A stretch of 64,000 bases of DNA, taken from assembly GCA_017882335.1 (NCBI GenBank), contig JADGPR010000006.1, positions 5,419 through 69,418 of the forward strand, given 5' to 3'. Positions 44,921-53,978 of the stretch are shown piece after piece. The notes under the pieces were generated by a model. The model made no database searches, was not told the DNA's origin, and worked only from the letters and a program-made list of their open reading frames with translations. This DNA comes from Bacteroidales bacterium (lineage in GTDB: Bacteria; Bacteroidota; Bacteroidia; Bacteroidales; FEN-979). Position 1 is the first letter of the stretch; each line of letters begins with the position of its first letter. The translations under genes and the position numbers were made by a program.

Positions 44921-47050
44921 TCAACCTTTTCCCATTGCCAAATCCAATGACACTATGGATCCTTTTATATACATTCTTCCCGGGCTGAGAGATTGCCTGA
45001 CCACATTGCCTTTCCCATTCAACACAACCTTTAATCCCATTTGTTCGAGGAGAAAAACGGCATCTTTCACCCCCATTCCAGTCACATCCGGCATGGTTCC
45101 CTGGTAATGATTTGATGGCAGAAGTATCACCGATGAATTGTTCGAAACCGGTATCGCCCACTGGGCCACCGGGTTCAAGGGTTTTGCTTTGATGTTAAGC
45201 CAAGCATAAGCATCTTCCAGGTCCTTTTGTACACCTGCATTTGCAGAAGGGATCAGGTGTCCGGAGGTATCCTGCGGAGGAGGATTGTTGACGTCATGAA
45301 GGTTGGCAAAGATCCGGTCGGCGATCTCCTTGAAAACCGGAGCAGCAACCGCACCACCATAATATTTTCCCTTGGATGGATTGTTGATGACCACAATGAT
45401 GGAATACCTGGGATGGTCGGCCGGAAAATACCCCACAAAGGATCCTTTGTATTTAATGGCTTTGGTTCCCTGCCCATATCCCTTGTTGTTCATGGCAATC
45501 TGGGCAGTGCCGGTTTTCCCTGCAACTTTGTAATGCGGGTTCTTTAATGAAGTTCCAGTTCCGCGTTCCACAACTCCTTCCAGGAGCATTTGGGCTTTTT
45601 CAATCGTAGCCGGCGAACAGATATGCGGATTGATGACCACCGGCTCAAAAGATTGAACTACCTGGCCATTTTTCCGGATTTCCCTGACAAAAAGTGGCTT
45701 TACCATTACCCCGTTATTGGCAACTGCATTGTATAATGTAAGGGTCTGTAAAGGAGTAATGGCGACTTCATATCCGATCGCCATCCAGGGTAACGATACT
45801 GCAGACCACCATTTACTCTTCGTGTTCTTAATATAAGGCATGCCTTCACCGCCTATTTGGAGATTCTGCGGGAGGTTGATCGACATCCTGTAAAGTCCGT
45901 CGATATATTTCTGCGGTTCATCGACATATGCATTATAGATCAGTTTGGAAGTTCCAACATTGGAGGATTTTTCAAACACCTGGTGCGCCAGTAAGGTACC
46001 TGTCAACTTATGTGCATCCGTCATCGACCTTCCATGATAATTCATGACGCCATTGCCCAGGTTGACCGGCTGGTCCATGGAAATCTTCCCATCTTCCAAT
46101 CCTACAAGAAATGAAGCCAGTTTAAAAGTCGATCCGGGTTCCGAACTTTCTCCTATAGCATAATTAAATACCTCTTCATATCCTCCTTTAGGGCTTTTAC
46201 CAAGATTGATGATCGCTTTGATAAACCCGGTCTTGACTTCCATCACGATCACGCATCCATGATCAGCACTATCGGCGCTTAGTTCTTTTCTTAAAGCAGA
46301 TTCTGCCAGGTCCTGCAGATTGATATCCAGTGTTGTGATGATATCATCTCCATTCTGGGGCTCTACTTCATTCTCGATATCCACAGGCATCCAGGCGGCA
46401 TTACCGATCCTTCGCATCAGCCTCTTGCCCCCGGTGCCTTGTAGATTTTTACTGAACGAGCCTTCCAGTCCCACATAAACTTTTTGTGCAGCTTCCGTGT
46501 TCTCATATCCGATAGTACGACGGGCAAGGTTCTTAAAAGGAAGCTCCCGTTGGAATTGCGGTATGACGATCATTCCACCTTTATAGGTCCCCAGTTTGAG
46601 AATCGGGAATTTGCGCATCTGCCTGAGTTCCGGATAGGTTACATCGCGGTGGATCATCAGGTATCGGTCTCCGTTTCGCCTTCCTTCCCATAAGAAATTT
46701 TTGTACTCGGAAAGATTTTTGTCTTTGAACAGTTTTGTAAGTTGATAAGCAAGCGAATCTATCTTATTCTTGAAAAGACCCTCGGTGATCAGGTCTGAAC
46801 TTACGTCCATCCGGATGTCGAAAATGGGAATGGATGTGGCAAGCAGCGTCCCATCGTCTGCACAGATATTGCCGCGGATTGCATCGACAGGAAAAAAACG
46901 CATTTCCTGCTTTCGGGCTTTTTCAAGCAATTCTTTTCCTTCCGAGGACCGGATATAAATCGCTTTCCCGATGATCGCCATGCCGAAAAGCAGTATCCCG
47001 AAATAAACGACATACACACGTAACAATATGTCTTTCTTGATCTCTTTCAT
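44921..47050 (-). CDS. ftsI: class B penicillin-binding protein (FtsI/PBP3-type) with C-terminal PASTA domain
   Basis: Motifs GSTFK, SSN, and KTGT (AGKTGTAQ). C-terminal PASTA-like region MPDVTGMGVKDAVFLLEQMGLKV. Confidence 0.9.
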   Translation of the reverse strand: MKEIKKDILLRVYVVYFGILLFGMAIIGKAIYIRSSEGKELLEKARKQEMRFFPVDAIRGNICADDGTLLATSIPIFDIRMDVSSDLITEGLFKNKIDSLAYQLTKLFKDKNLSEYKNFLWEGRRNGDRYLMIHRDVTYPELRQMRKFPILKLGTYKGGMIVIPQFQRELPFKNLARRTIGYENTEAAQKVYVGLEGSFSKNLQGTGGKRLMRRIGNAAWMPVDIENEVEPQNGDDIITTLDINLQDLAESALRKELSADSADHGCVIVMEVKTGFIKAIINLGKSPKGGYEEVFNYAIGESSEPGSTFKLASFLVGLEDGKISMDQPVNLGNGVMNYHGRSMTDAHKLTGTLLAHQVFEKSSNVGTSKLIYNAYVDEPQKYIDGLYRMSINLPQNLQIGGEGMPYIKNTKSKWWSAVSLPWMAIGYEVAITPLQTLTLYNAVANNGVMVKPLFVREIRKNGQVVQSFEPVVINPHICSPATIEKAQMLLEGVVERGTGTSLKNPHYKVAGKTGTAQIAMNNKGYGQGTKAIKYKGSFVGYFPADHPRYSIIVVINNPSKGKYYGGAVAAPVFKEIADRIFANLHDVNNPPPQDTSGHLIPSANAGVQKDLEDAYAWLNIKAKPLNPVAQWAIPVSNNSSVILLPSNHYQGTMPDVTGMGVKDAVFLLEQMGLKVVLNGKGNVVRQSLSPGRMYIKGSIVSLDLAMGKG

Positions 47051-47475
47051 GGATTTTTATGAAGCGTATCGGTTTCTTTTTTTAAAAGGGCTTTTGAATA
47101 AAAGAGCTTATAAGGAGGCGTGGTGGTTCCTTTTATCCCCAGCCGTTCTACCTTTTTAGCGATCTCGGTTTGCTTGCCTACATCCAACATCTTCGCTTTT
47201 GCTGTTATTGACTGATACCGCAATTCTTTCAGTTCATTTTTTATTTTTTCGATATTTTTGAATGTCTTTTCCGAGTAATAGGTATTGCCGATATAAAACA
47301 TGGCGAGGATGGCTATGAAGATGAGGAATGGCAGATTCCTGAGCACGGCATGATTCGACAGAAGATCACCGCCGATGACATCATGGATCCCTTTGGTCAT
47401 CTTCCGGGGCTTCCTCACGGGACGGATTTCTTCCATCTGTGATTCCGGCGTTGGATTTTTCTTTTCCTCCTCCAT
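47047..47475 (-). CDS. ftsL: FtsL-like cell division protein
   Basis: 142 aa with a single transmembrane span (LPFLIFIAILAMFYI) and a coiled coil. It sits between rsmH and ftsI. Confidence 0.7.
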   Translation of the reverse strand: MEEEKKNPTPESQMEEIRPVRKPRKMTKGIHDVIGGDLLSNHAVLRNLPFLIFIAILAMFYIGNTYYSEKTFKNIEKIKNELKELRYQSITAKAKMLDVGKQTEIAKKVERLGIKGTTTPPYKLFYSKALLKKETDTLHKNP

Positions 47476-47478
47476 TTA

Positions 47479-48372
47479 TCAGATCTTTTCAGCAATACGT
47501 AATCGGGCGCTCCGGGCCCTGCTGTTCATACCAATCTCTTTCTGGTCAGGAACAATGGATTTCCGGTTGATGACCGATAAGGGGACGATCGGGTTCCCAT
47601 AAAAGTCCTTTTGCAGATTCCCGTCAAAATTCCCCGAACGGAAATAATCCTTTACCAGTTTGTCTTCCAGCGAGTGATAGGAGATCACAACCAGGCGGCC
47701 TCCCTTTTTCAGAACATCTGTTGCCTGGATTAGGAATTCCTTCAAAGCTTCCAGTTCCTGGTTCACTTCTATTCTCAGTGCCTGGAAGACTTGTGCAAAA
47801 AATTTATTTTCTTTTCCCTTTTCGGCTGCATGCGTCAGTGCTTCTTTTAATTCCATTGTGGTGTTGACCGGGTTCGTTTTCCTCGCTGTTACGATAAGCC
47901 TTGCGATTTTTGTGGCATTCCGCAGGTTGCCATATTCACGGAATATTGATGCCAGTTTATCTTCCGGGTATTGATTCACGATTTCTTTTGCCGATATTTT
48001 TTTATCCCGGTTCATTCTCATATCCAGTTCCCCTTCAAACCGTGTTGAAAATCCCCTTTCAGGATGATCGATCTGGTAGGATGAGATCCCAAGATCAGCG
48101 AGAATTCCATCGACCGGAACGGTTTTGTAGAGTTTAAGAAAATTTCGCAGGTACCTGAAGTTGTTATGGATCAGGATGAGGCGCTCATCCTCAATCTTAT
48201 TGTTCAATGCATCTTCATCCTGGTCGAATGCGAACAATTTTCCCCCTTTCAATTCTTTCAGGATCGCCTTTGAATGTCCGCCTCCCCCATAGGTTGCATC
48301 CACATATGTGCCACCCGGCTGTATCACCAGTGCCTTTATGCTTTCCTCAAGGAGCACACTTTTATGAAACAT
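47479..48372 (-). CDS. rsmH: 16S rRNA (cytosine1402-N4)-methyltransferase
   Basis: Motifs HKSVLL.E, DATYGGGGHS, GISSYQ. Confidence 0.95.
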   Translation of the reverse strand: MFHKSVLLEESIKALVIQPGGTYVDATYGGGGHSKAILKELKGGKLFAFDQDEDALNNKIEDERLILIHNNFRYLRNFLKLYKTVPVDGILADLGISSYQIDHPERGFSTRFEGELDMRMNRDKKISAKEIVNQYPEDKLASIFREYGNLRNATKIARLIVTARKTNPVNTTMELKEALTHAAEKGKENKFFAQVFQALRIEVNQELEALKEFLIQATDVLKKGGRLVVISYHSLEDKLVKDYFRSGNFDGNLQKDFYGNPIVPLSVINRKSIVPDQKEIGMNSRARSARLRIAEKI

Positions 48373-48838
48373 TTTCCGGTTCTTCAGGTTTATGGAGTTT
48401 CCCCATCACTTTTTCCGCCAGGTCAGCATATTCCTCGTCCGACATTTTCAGATGCTGCTCATATTCCTCTTTAGCCCATACTTCAATTCGATTGGAAAAT
48501 GCAGATAAGATCAGATCCTTCTGGATCCGGGCGTATTCCAATAAAGTTTTAGGTATAAGGACTCGATTGCTGGCGTCAAGCTGAAGTTCCGTTGCCCCTC
48601 TGTTGAAATTGCGGGCAAAAATCCGGTGATCTTTAACAAAAAGGTTCAATTGATTTACATCCCTGCTGACCTCTATCCACTCATTCATAGGGTACATGGT
48701 CAGGCAGTTCTCAAAACCCCGGTTGATGACAAATTTCTCCTGCGCTTCCGGCGGGATTTGCTTCTTCAGCCCGGCAGGAAGGATAATACGCCCTTTGTCG
48801 TCGATACGGCATTCATATTCACCGTGGAGAATGGTCAT
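48362..48838 (-). CDS. mraZ: division/cell-wall cluster transcriptional regulator MraZ
   Basis: Two SpoVT/AbrB-like halves with DDKGRIILP and DASNRVLIP. I prefer the ATG at 48838, because the longer track ORF (to 48892) reads through the operator repeats. Confidence 0.9.
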   Translation of the reverse strand: MTILHGEYECRIDDKGRIILPAGLKKQIPPEAQEKFVINRGFENCLTMYPMNEWIEVSRDVNQLNLFVKDHRIFARNFNRGATELQLDASNRVLIPKTLLEYARIQKDLILSAFSNRIEVWAKEEYEQHLKMSDEEYADLAEKVMGKLHKPEEPENVS

Positions 48839-48875
48839 AGCAGGGGGAAAATTTGAAGGTGTAAATATATAGGAA

Positions 48876-48902
48876 TCCCCACGATTCCCCACCTTTCCCC
48901 AC
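48876..48902 (-). promoter_or_regulatory. putative MraZ operator: three direct GTGGGGA repeats at 10-bp spacing upstream of mraZ
   Basis: The minus strand reads GTGGGGAAAG GTGGGGAATC GTGGGGATTC. On the plus strand this is TCCCCAC at 48876-82, 48886-92 and 48896-902. The site lies 38-64 nt upstream of the mraZ ATG and is directly preceded by a near-consensus -7 box AATATTTG (plus strand 48903-48910). Confidence 0.65.
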
Positions 48903-49012
48903 CAAATATTTTGTGAATTGTTAATAACTTTTTTAAAAAAACGAGTAAATAACTCATTATCCGTATCTTAAAAAAGAAAGGAAATTAAGGTTGATAATAA
49001 ATCAGATGATTA

Positions 49013-51319
49013 TCAATGAATCACTACGATTTTGGTAGTGAATGGGTTGGCAGACTCGTGGGGAGAAAGAGGGGATACAATAAGAAAATAAATGCTTTCA
49101 GTGAGATTGGCTACAAAGAGAGAAATTGAATTGGAGGCAAGAAAAACTTTTTGAACTACAGATTGACCCAGGCTGTTGTAAAGTGTTACCTGAAAATACT
49201 CAGGATTGAAACGCTGAACGGATTGGATGAATACCTGCTGGTCGGCCGGGTTTGGATATACCACAAATTGCTTTGTTGATGCAGGTCCTTTTTCTTCGAT
49301 CGCTGTATAAACTACCGGGCTTGTTTTATGACTGAAATAATTCAATCCTCCTGAAAAATTTCCCACGATAAGGTCCATAAAATCCGGATCTTCCAGGTTC
49401 GCAACAGTGGCAGCCGTCCGGTAACCAAATGAAGAAGGTATTGGAGATCCGCAGAGAACGGTCAACAGGGAATCCGCTCGTGTAAATGTGCCATTCAGGT
49501 TCCCGTCAATATTCGTATAATAATGAACTTTCCCTTCCTCGCAACCAACGATCAGGCCGGTCTTTCCGGAAGGATCCTTGAAAAAGAATGGTGTGCTATA
49601 CCCGTCATAGGAGATCAATGGATTTGTTACGACTACTTTTCCCAGGCTATCGGTCACATGCGTAAAAACAGGCGAAACTAAAGTCCCGGTATTTTGATAA
49701 TACACAAGGGTTCCTTTCTGGTTCCCGATCGCAAGGTCCGGCAACCCGTCTTCGTCAAGGTCGAATAACTGAGGCGTACTGAAACTCCCGGCGTCGATCT
49801 TCTGATATTGAGTTTGTGCAGGAGCAAAAACCGGTTCATGACCGGAACCGGCAGTATTTTGAAAATAGGTCAGCGATCCGTCAGCATTCCCGATGATCAT
49901 GTCCAGGTCACCATCTCCATCCAGATCTGCAAAAGTCGGGTAAAATCCGAGACCATGAAGCCTGGAAAGGTCAGCAAAATCATCGGTTACAAGGTGAAAG
50001 GATGGATTGTTGGGTTGTCCGGTATTTTTATAATAGGAGATCTTCGATATAAATACAGACTTCAATGATCCCTGGAAATAATAAGAAGAATCATATTCAC
50101 CGTAATTGCCGATCAGAAGATCCGGTAAACCGTCTCTGTTAACATCTGTAACAACGGGATAAGCATTTGTACCTACATCGATCATTTCATTTTGAAAAAA
50201 ATGATCAGTCTGAAATTGAAATACCGGGTGATCATTGGTTCCGGTATTTTTATAGAACCAGCAGCTACGCTTGTTTTCAGAAACGTAGAAAGAGGGATCA
50301 AAAGGAGAAGCCACCAGGTCGCGGATGCCATCATTATCCATATCTAGGAAAGAACAGGCGGGAAAGGAAAATAGCCGAACAGGATAAGGATTCCCCGGGA
50401 ATGCGCTGTCCTGGCTGATCATATGCGCAGAATCAATCGTTCCTCCGTTAATCAGGGCGATCAGGTTAGGGAAATCGACATCACCTATGATCAGGTCATT
50501 CAACTCGTTGCCGTCAAGGTCAGCTGCCAGGAGGGTTGAACCGGTATGTTTTGGGGATAACCTATTGCATGATAAATCCGGTAATTCCGAATATTTGTAA
50601 GGACATTGAATGTTCAGGGTGATTTCGTTTCCTCCTTCACTTTCTTTGAAATCTCCCCAGCACTTATCAGAAAGCCTGTAATCAAGACTGTCGCAGTTTC
50701 CGTTTTTTTCCATCGACAGGTTTTTATGGTATTCAATATAAGAACCCAGCCCGAAAAAAGTGAGCAAGTCGAGGTCGCCGTCATGATCAATATCCGAGAT
50801 GGCAGGATAATCTACGGGAGTAAGCAGGATGCCCACTTTCCCGGTATAAAAATAGGAGGTCAACAGGTTGGTAATGAGTTCAAATTTGAGTGAGGTATCG
50901 CTGATGTTCTTGAAAACCCTGACTCCGCCAAGGGAATAAGTGAAAATGTCCTGTTTGCCATCGCAATTGTAATCTGCAAAGATAACCCAGTCATGAAGAT
51001 CAGGAAACAGGGAAGAAAGTTCGGGATGATAGGAATACTTGATTTCTCCTGTTGAGCCTTCATTTATAAATGGAAGGATCCGGTTTCCGAAGCGGTCAAA
51101 GATCACCAGATCGGGTTTCCCGTCAAGGTTGATATCGATCGCCCCGAACTGGCATGAATTCATACCTCCGGCCCATGGAAACTGCAGAGGAACTTCAGAG
51201 ATGTTTTGTGCGGTAATGGCAATAGAAAACCCGCAGATCAGTAACCAGGATAAAAAACAATATGCTGTATGTTGAGATTTGTAACTACTGGAATTTGTCT
51301 GTGATCCGGATCTGCCCAT
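49013..51319 (-). CDS. FG-GAP/VCBS-repeat protein with T9SS-type C-terminal sorting domain
   Basis: It has a signal peptide and many copies of D.DGDGK.D-type FG-GAP/VCBS motifs (DINLDGKPDL, DIDHDGDLDL, DLDGDGDLDM, DLDEDGLPDL). The C-terminus (VVYPNPADQQVFIQ...IYFLIV...TKIVVIH) is typical of T9SS CTDs. Confidence 0.8.
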   Translation of the reverse strand: MGRSGSQTNSSSYKSQHTAYCFLSWLLICGFSIAITAQNISEVPLQFPWAGGMNSCQFGAIDINLDGKPDLVIFDRFGNRILPFINEGSTGEIKYSYHPELSSLFPDLHDWVIFADYNCDGKQDIFTYSLGGVRVFKNISDTSLKFELITNLLTSYFYTGKVGILLTPVDYPAISDIDHDGDLDLLTFFGLGSYIEYHKNLSMEKNGNCDSLDYRLSDKCWGDFKESEGGNEITLNIQCPYKYSELPDLSCNRLSPKHTGSTLLAADLDGNELNDLIIGDVDFPNLIALINGGTIDSAHMISQDSAFPGNPYPVRLFSFPACSFLDMDNDGIRDLVASPFDPSFYVSENKRSCWFYKNTGTNDHPVFQFQTDHFFQNEMIDVGTNAYPVVTDVNRDGLPDLLIGNYGEYDSSYYFQGSLKSVFISKISYYKNTGQPNNPSFHLVTDDFADLSRLHGLGFYPTFADLDGDGDLDMIIGNADGSLTYFQNTAGSGHEPVFAPAQTQYQKIDAGSFSTPQLFDLDEDGLPDLAIGNQKGTLVYYQNTGTLVSPVFTHVTDSLGKVVVTNPLISYDGYSTPFFFKDPSGKTGLIVGCEEGKVHYYTNIDGNLNGTFTRADSLLTVLCGSPIPSSFGYRTAATVANLEDPDFMDLIVGNFSGGLNYFSHKTSPVVYTAIEEKGPASTKQFVVYPNPADQQVFIQSVQRFNPEYFQVTLYNSLGQSVVQKVFLASNSISLFVANLTESIYFLIVSPLSPHESANPFTTKIVVIH

Positions 51320-51344
51320 CAGACAAAAGTATTCAAACTTTATT

Positions 51345-51352
51345 TATCTTTG
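51345..51352 (+). promoter_or_regulatory. -7 promoter box upstream of the sigma54-type response regulator
   Basis: TATCTTTG, 20 nt upstream of the ATG at 51372. Confidence 0.45.
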
Positions 51353-51371
51353 AAACAAATAAACAAACGCC

Positions 51372-52532
51372 ATGTCAAGGATTTTAGTGATCGATGATGA
51401 AAAAAGTATCCGCAATACGTTACGTGAAATCTTGAAATATGAAAAGTATGAAGTAGATGATGCGGCGGATGGCCCGGATGGGTTGAAACTTCTGGAATCA
51501 AACAAATACAGTGCAATCCTCTGTGATATCAAAATGCCGAAAATGGATGGCATCGAAGTGTTAGAGAAAATTCTCCTGGTGACGGATACGCCGGTCATCA
51601 TGATCTCAGGGCATGGAACAATTGACACTGCTGTCGAAGCAATAAAGAAAGGGGCATTTGATTATATTTCCAAACCACTGGATTTAAACCGGCTCCTGAT
51701 TACGATCCGGAATGCAATGGATAAATCGATCCTGGTGGATGAGACAAAGATCCTGAAAAAGAAGATCAACGGGGTTCATGAAATGATCGGTGAGTCGGAA
51801 GAAATGCTTAAGGTTAAAGACCTCATTGCCAAAGTAGCTTCAACCGATGCCCGTGTTCTGATCACCGGCGAGAGTGGAACCGGAAAGGAACTTGTTGCGC
51901 GGTGGCTGCATGCACTGAGCAACCGTTCAGAAAATCCGTTCATTGAAGTGAATTGTGCCGCCATCCCTTCCGAGCTTATCGAGAGCAACCTTTTTGGGCA
52001 TGAAAAAGGCTCTTTTACTTCTGCCATCAAGCAACGGAAAGGAGATTTTGAGCTGGCCAATGGTGGTACCTTGTTCCTGGATGAGATCGGTGACATGAGT
52101 CTTTCGGCCCAGGCGAAGGTTCTACGGGCTTTGCAAGAAAACAAGATTACACGCGTTGGGGGAGAGAAGGAGATTCCGGTTGATGTCAGGGTGATTGCTG
52201 CAACAAACAAAAACATCAAGGAAGAACTGGAGAATAAAAATTTTCGTGAGGATCTCTACCACCGATTGAGTGTGATACTGATTGATGTGCCTCCCCTTTC
52301 TAAACGATTGGACGATATTCCCCTGTTGACAAAACAATTTATTTCCGAGATCTGTGAACACCAGGGAAAAGCCCCGCTGGAGGTTATGGAGGATGCCTTC
52401 GATGCTTTGAAAAAAATCAAATGGACCGGTAATATCCGTGAGTTGCGGAATGTTGTCGAAAGGTTGGTGATCCTGTGTGATGGAAGAATCACGGAGGAAG
52501 ATGTTAAAAAATATTCAATGCCGTTGTACTAG
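51372..52532 (+). CDS. response regulator with sigma54-interaction AAA+ domain, lacking a C-terminal DNA-binding domain
   Basis: A receiver domain (ILVIDDE..., CDIKMPKMDG), Walker A GESGTGKE, and a GAFTGA-equivalent loop that reads GSFTSA. The protein ends about 10 aa after the AAA+ lid (NIRELRNVVERLVIL..) with no Fis-type HTH. A TATCTTTG box lies 20 nt upstream. Confidence 0.8.
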   Translation: MSRILVIDDEKSIRNTLREILKYEKYEVDDAADGPDGLKLLESNKYSAILCDIKMPKMDGIEVLEKILLVTDTPVIMISGHGTIDTAVEAIKKGAFDYISKPLDLNRLLITIRNAMDKSILVDETKILKKKINGVHEMIGESEEMLKVKDLIAKVASTDARVLITGESGTGKELVARWLHALSNRSENPFIEVNCAAIPSELIESNLFGHEKGSFTSAIKQRKGDFELANGGTLFLDEIGDMSLSAQAKVLRALQENKITRVGGEKEIPVDVRVIAATNKNIKEELENKNFREDLYHRLSVILIDVPPLSKRLDDIPLLTKQFISEICEHQGKAPLEVMEDAFDALKKIKWTGNIRELRNVVERLVILCDGRITEEDVKKYSMPLY

Positions 52533-52595
52533 CGGAAAAGAAAAGAATAATACTCAATATTGTTTAGTTAAATGCCACTTTAAAATCATTTATCC

Positions 52596-52856
52596 ATGAA
52601 ACTCCGAAAAAATGTTGCTGTCAGTGAAGCCGGATTGTTGTTTAACCCTGTAACCGGTGAATCCTACTCAGTGAACCCCATTGGTGTTGAGATTATCAAT
52701 CTCCTGCGGGAGGAGAAAAGCCCGGAGGACATCAGTAAATTCATATTGGGGAAATTTGCAACGGATAAAGCCACATTTGAGAAAGACTATCACGATTTCA
52801 TCGGTATCCTTGAACACCACAACCTCTTAGACAGCCATGAAGAAACGAAAGCTTAA
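52596..52856 (+). CDS. PqqD-family (RRE-like) small protein
   Basis: 86 aa. The pattern LLFNPVTGESYSVNPIGVEIINLL.E..SPEDI...L..F..D....E.DYHDFIGIL..HNLL matches the PqqD/peptide-chaperone fold signature. It overlaps the next gene by 20 nt. Confidence 0.6.
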   Translation: MKLRKNVAVSEAGLLFNPVTGESYSVNPIGVEIINLLREEKSPEDISKFILGKFATDKATFEKDYHDFIGILEHHNLLDSHEETKA

Positions 52857-53883
52857 AATTGCCGTCACTGGGTTGAATGCGATTGACAGTCCGGGTCCCG
52901 GGATTTCGGTAATCAGGGCCCTGAGGGAGGCGGCATCGTTTGATGTCAGGATCATAGGACTGTCATACGAATCGCTTGAGCCGGGCATTTACATGCACGA
53001 CCTGGTGGACCGTACATACTCGATTCCTTATCCTACGGCTGGAATCGACACCCTTCTGGCTCGCCTGGAATATATCCATGAAAAGGAGAAACTGGATGTG
53101 ATCATCCCCAACTTTGATGCGGAACTTTACCCGTTTATCAAACTGGAGACGAAACTCAAGGCCATGGGCATTCATATGTTTCTTCCAACCCTGCACCAGT
53201 TCGAGGAACGGCAGAAGGTAAACCTCAACGAATTCGGGAAGAAGTATAACATCAATGTCCCCAGGAGCAAAGTTATTCATGACCTCAGCATGGTATACAG
53301 TCTCCAGTCGGAATTTTCATTCCCGATGATCGTGAAAGGAAAATTTTACGATGCCTCTATTGCATACAGCATCGAACAGGTGAAAAGCTATTATAATAAA
53401 ATCAGCGCCAAATGGGGGCTTCCCATCATCATCCAGGAATTTATCCATGGTACGGAATTCAACGTAACCGGCCTGGGCGATGGTAAAGGCAATACCATTG
53501 CGGCTGTTCCGATGCGCAAGCAATACATCACTGAAAAAGGAAAGGCCTGGGGAGGCATTTCGATTTCTGACGAGGAAATGCTGGATATGACGCGCAAATT
53601 CCTGCGCACAACAAAATGGCGTGGTGGATTTGAACTTGAACTGATGAAAAATAAGGATGGCGAACTTTACATGTTGGAGATCAATCCGCGCCTGCCTGCA
53701 TGGATCTACCTTGCTGTCGGTGTCGGACAAAACATTCCCGAAGCATTGGTCAAGCTGGCCATGGGTGAAAAGGTAAAACCCTTTACAAAGTATACTGTGG
53801 GAAAGATGTTCGTGCGTTATTCATGGGATATGATTGTTGACAGGGAAGAGTTTGAGCAGATCTCAATCTATGGAGAACTATAA
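52837..53883 (+). CDS. ATP-grasp family ligase (carboxylate-amine ligase type), unassigned subfamily
   Basis: 348 aa. A pre-ATP-grasp region (KIAVTGLNAIDSPGPG..), a central block FPMIVKG......I...E, IIQEFI.G.EF.V, and the Mg/ATP loop LMLEINPRLPAW. Confidence 0.7.
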   Translation: MKKRKLKIAVTGLNAIDSPGPGISVIRALREAASFDVRIIGLSYESLEPGIYMHDLVDRTYSIPYPTAGIDTLLARLEYIHEKEKLDVIIPNFDAELYPFIKLETKLKAMGIHMFLPTLHQFEERQKVNLNEFGKKYNINVPRSKVIHDLSMVYSLQSEFSFPMIVKGKFYDASIAYSIEQVKSYYNKISAKWGLPIIIQEFIHGTEFNVTGLGDGKGNTIAAVPMRKQYITEKGKAWGGISISDEEMLDMTRKFLRTTKWRGGFELELMKNKDGELYMLEINPRLPAWIYLAVGVGQNIPEALVKLAMGEKVKPFTKYTVGKMFVRYSWDMIVDREEFEQISIYGEL

Positions 53884-53886
53884 TAA

Positions 53887-53924
53887 CTAGCGAAGCCTGC
53901 CTGCCGGTAGGCAGGTAGCGAAAA
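53887..53924. repeat. GC hairpin element (copy 4) flanked by 7-bp direct repeat TAGCGAA
   Basis: cTAGCGAAg-CCTGCCT-gccggt-AGGCAGG-TAGCGAAaa, starting 4 nt after the ATP-grasp stop codon. Confidence 0.8.
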
Positions 53925-53944
53925 TAAAAATACTTTATGACTCT

Positions 53945-53957
53945 GTGACTTTGTCAC
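53945..53957 (+). promoter_or_regulatory. perfect palindrome GTGAC-TTT-GTCAC upstream of the decarboxylase gene (candidate operator), overlapping a -7-like TGACTTTG
   Basis: The sequence ctctGTGACtttGTCACtttttt lies 22 nt upstream of the ATG at 53979. Confidence 0.35.
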
Positions 53958-53978
53958 TTTTTTAATAAAATATTATCT

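Noticed and set aside
53887-53924. GC hairpin after the ATP-grasp stop as a canonical rho-independent terminator
   Set aside because: On the plus strand the stem is followed by an A-rich tract (tagcgaaaataaaaa) rather than a U-rich one. It belongs to the multi-copy hairpin family. Termination activity is possible but not supported by sequence.
52533-53978. Search for a sigma54 (-24 GG / -12 GC) promoter and for a RiPP precursor ORF around the PqqD-like and ATP-grasp genes
   Set aside because: Reading both spacers found no TGGCAC-N5-TTGC-like element and no credible short ORF. The absence is reported under findings rather than inventing a feature. A PWM scan could still find weak sites.
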